Below, one piece after another: positions 61,025 to 64,000 of a stretch of 64,000 nt of DNA (the first letter of the stretch is position 1; each line of letters begins with the position of its first letter). Origin of the DNA: Mytilus californianus (lineage: Eukaryota); contig NW_026262626.1 of the NCBI RefSeq assembly GCF_021869535.1, forward strand, positions 25,668,001 through 25,732,000, written 5' to 3'. The notes beneath the pieces are model-generated. The model was not told the DNA's origin and ran no database searches. It saw only the letters and a program-made list of their open reading frames with translations. A program made the translations under genes and the position numbers.

Positions 61025-63634
61025 TGCATGTATCGGCCCAGAATGATCGGTTAATATGCAATGGATTTGTTTTTATTAGGAACTGGATGTGTTGGATAAT
61101 GTATTGAAAAAATAATGTTTCCAAGAATATGTTTTCTTTTAGCCAACCGTTTCAAAGTTTTCAATGTCATTTTCATGAAAAAATCCAATACTCACAATCT
61201 AGTACCAATATTCGAAAACATCTAAAATTACATAAAATATCAATAAACATATCACTATAAATTCATAATAAGACGCAAAAAAATTGATGAAAAAGGTAAA
61301 ATTCATTTGTATAATTATTGAAAAAAGTTTATATTTTGAACATTATTTAAATACACCAAACTTTACATATAGAAAATTAATAACAAAACTAAGAATTAGT
61401 GACCTTTATTACAGCTCTTCTATGAAAGCATGCAAAGCAAACCTTTGATCAACTTGCTTGCTATGTTTGTTTGGATGTTTGTAAACAAAAGATAAAAAAA
61501 AATTCTGCTGAAAAAAGAATGGTGTTTTAAATTAAACTAAATCCGTCAACACCAATCACAGGTAAATAAATTATATATATATTTAGTGCATTTGTGTTTT
61601 TAAACGTTGTCCTTTCCAAAATGTTACAACAAAGGTATATATTTACAGTATTGAAGTGTAGTATTAATGACAAGAGACTTCAAGTAACCTGTTAAGGGTT
61701 TTGTTTCCGTTGGGTTTATTTTCCGGCAGTATAGATACCTTAGGGAGCTTCCTGTAGTAGCAAGCACATTGTGATCCTGCTTTCCAACTTATGTACCGGA
61801 ATTTATTTCTCTGTTTAAGTAAGCGGTCACCGTGTCGATAACTGAACTGTTTAGATTGTTTGTATGTGTGTGTGTTACAAAAAATAGTATAGACGAGCAA
61901 AAAAGGGGGTTACACACGTAACAGTGGTTTAACTCCACATAATTTTGTGTCTGTACCAAGTTAGGCTATCTATAGGCATTGTGTTGAACGTTGTTATTTG
62001 TCTTATAAAAATGAGAAGATGTGGTATGATTGCCAATGAGACAAATCTCCACCAGAGACCAAATGACATAATAATTTGTTTTGCATGCCTGTTTTTTGTA
62101 GGAGTCGGATGTTGGTGGTTGCATGATGTGGTATGTCGTACTGTGCTGTATTATTGTCGATTCTTGTCATACCTTGTTAATGTTTTATTTATGTTATTGT
62201 TTGTAAATCCACGATAATGTGATATTAAACAGTTACCAGAAATGTTTATATATGCTTATGTCAGCCCTTTTTAACCATAACTAAGACAAAGGATATCAAA
62301 TTGTTCCCATGATAATTACTGAAGAGACCCTGTCAATCCTCTACCCGAAAGACCAGGTGTATATTTTGTAACAACTTGAACGTTAAGTGCATGTGTTATT
62401 CGACATTCTTTTACATGTAAGAGGGTCTGGATCGTATTTTAGAACAAAGAATAATCGGCCAAATCTACAGAAAATGGACCCAAAAAAATAAAGAATAGAG
62501 AAAGACAGGGCATTAAAATAAGGAATAGAAATGATTGACATAACAAATTGAGAAAAATAACTTTTTTTTTATTAAATACAGAAATGAAGGACCCCCAGCC
62601 AGACCCTCATGTAACCAATAATACAAAATATTAAACTTTATTCAGTATTTACACATAATTACTAGATAAATCTTAATATAACATGTCCCATCTTTCTTTT
62701 GAAGTGCCTTATTTTATCTTAACTTTTTCCGTATAATATGTATCGAATATTATTTTAAGTTAGATTTTCAAGGAAAAATTTTGATGAATGACTTTAAAAA
62801 ATAACGTACGTGACGGCCAACATTACCGACTTTGTACCAGGTCAGCTGACAAGATGTAAAATGTGGTAAATGCTAAAACAGTGTTGATCGGTATTTAAAT
62901 TGCAGTCTTAAATAAAGAAATAGTTTGACGAATAATTGACGTACAAATGTTTAAAAGAATTTTTACACAGGTATTAAAGGATCATTGATCCTGACCGTTA
63001 AACAGGTTATTTACAAAACAAATGAGATGCATAAAATGTGTAATATATATCCGGTTACTGTTTAAGATGTTTAACAAAGACGTGGAAATTGGTACTCGAA
63101 ACTAACATTTCACAGAAAGTTCATTTTCCTTGTCATATTGGTAAACCAGGGGTTGGAAATGGATGTAAGTATTTATAATTCAGTTTTATCATTTTAATCA
63201 GTTACTGTATGTTATAAATATTATGTAAACCGTTATACATACAGACGAGAGTCTGTCAGATTGACAGCAAACCGGATTTTCCTGCATGAAAATGATATTT
63301 GCAAATCTGGACCCCAAAACAGGATCAAGTAAAAAAAAATTAATGAATTGTTGTAGGTTTTGGAAATGGTAAGGCCAAAATCAATCTTAAGTATCACACA
63401 TTGTTGTCAATATAATGGAATTTTATGCGACTGTCATACAATTGAGAGGTTAAGCTAGCTATAAAACCAGGTTTAATCAACCATTTTTCTACATAAGGAA
63501 ATGCCTGTACCAAGTCAGGAATATGACAGTTGTTTTCCATTCGTTTGATGTGTTTGAGCTTTTGATTTTGCCATTTGATAAGGGACTTTCCGTTTTGAAT
63601 TTTCCTTGAAGTTCGGTATTTTTGTTTTTTTCAC

Positions 63635-64000
63635 TTTTCGCTACTTAAAGGTCTACAACTCAACAACGATAAAAGCCAATATCATGACAATCAAACTTGA
63701 CCTTCATAACGTCACAGGAAACAACATATCTAACTTTGAAAAGGTTTCGTCAAAGCGTTTTCAAGTTATTGCACGGACAACGCTCTAAGCATCACTGTTC
63801 TCTACTTAAAGGTCTACAACTCAACAATGATGGAAGCTAAAATCGTGAAAATCGAACTTGATCTTTATCTTGTCACAGGAAACAACATATTTAAATTTGA
63901 AAAGACTTTTTTAAAGTGTTTTTTTTTTAAGTATTGCACGGACAACGCTCTAAGTATCACTTTTCGCTACTTAAAAGTCTACAACCCAATAACAATTAAA
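63635..64000 (+). repeat. ~165-bp tandem repeat running off the window (probable HINE core)
   Basis: ctacttaaaggtctacaactcaacaa at ~63640, ~63803 and ~63968. Confidence 0.8.

Noticed and set aside
62310-62360. CTGAAGAGACC...CCCGAAAG as a hammerhead
   Set aside because: Both core strings are present but the intervening sequence cannot form stem II.

Overview
AT-rich, repeat-dense eukaryotic DNA. The repeat families and gene types look like a bivalve mollusc, probably Mytilus; this is an inference and no search was run. No prokaryotic features or CRISPR arrays were seen. Host genes: (1) an intronless RING/B-box/B-box/coiled-coil/NHL-like TRIM gene (1-1890, minus), missed by the ORF track because it runs off the window; (2) a 3-exon, ~447-aa uncharacterised gene (9660-22354) with a mitochondrial-presequence-like N-terminus and a possible degenerate PD-(D/E)XK-like domain; (3) a cluster of three spliced paralogues for small secreted proteins with a His...His...Cys order like circularly permuted papain-like (LRAT/PPPDE/NlpC-P60) enzymes (A 28632-34731 +, B 43010-56725 +, C 58892-61024 -), of which C carries a Trp/Arg-rich insert ending in a GKR site. 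Mobile DNA: a head-to-head Penelope-like element pair forming a 1.4-kb inverted repeat, two intact minimal hammerhead ribozyme motifs plus relics, several Helentron-type non-autonomous elements with internal satellite arrays, a deleted MULE, LINE/SINE fragments and nested MITEs. The 11.6-kb intron of gene B holds a 4-unit ~1.87-kb tandem array with tRNA-like modules and long hairpins, into which a 3.1-kb MITE-spacer-MITE-spacer-MITE composite has inserted. Exon and TSD coordinates were counted by hand; repeat boundaries marked approx. are approximate.
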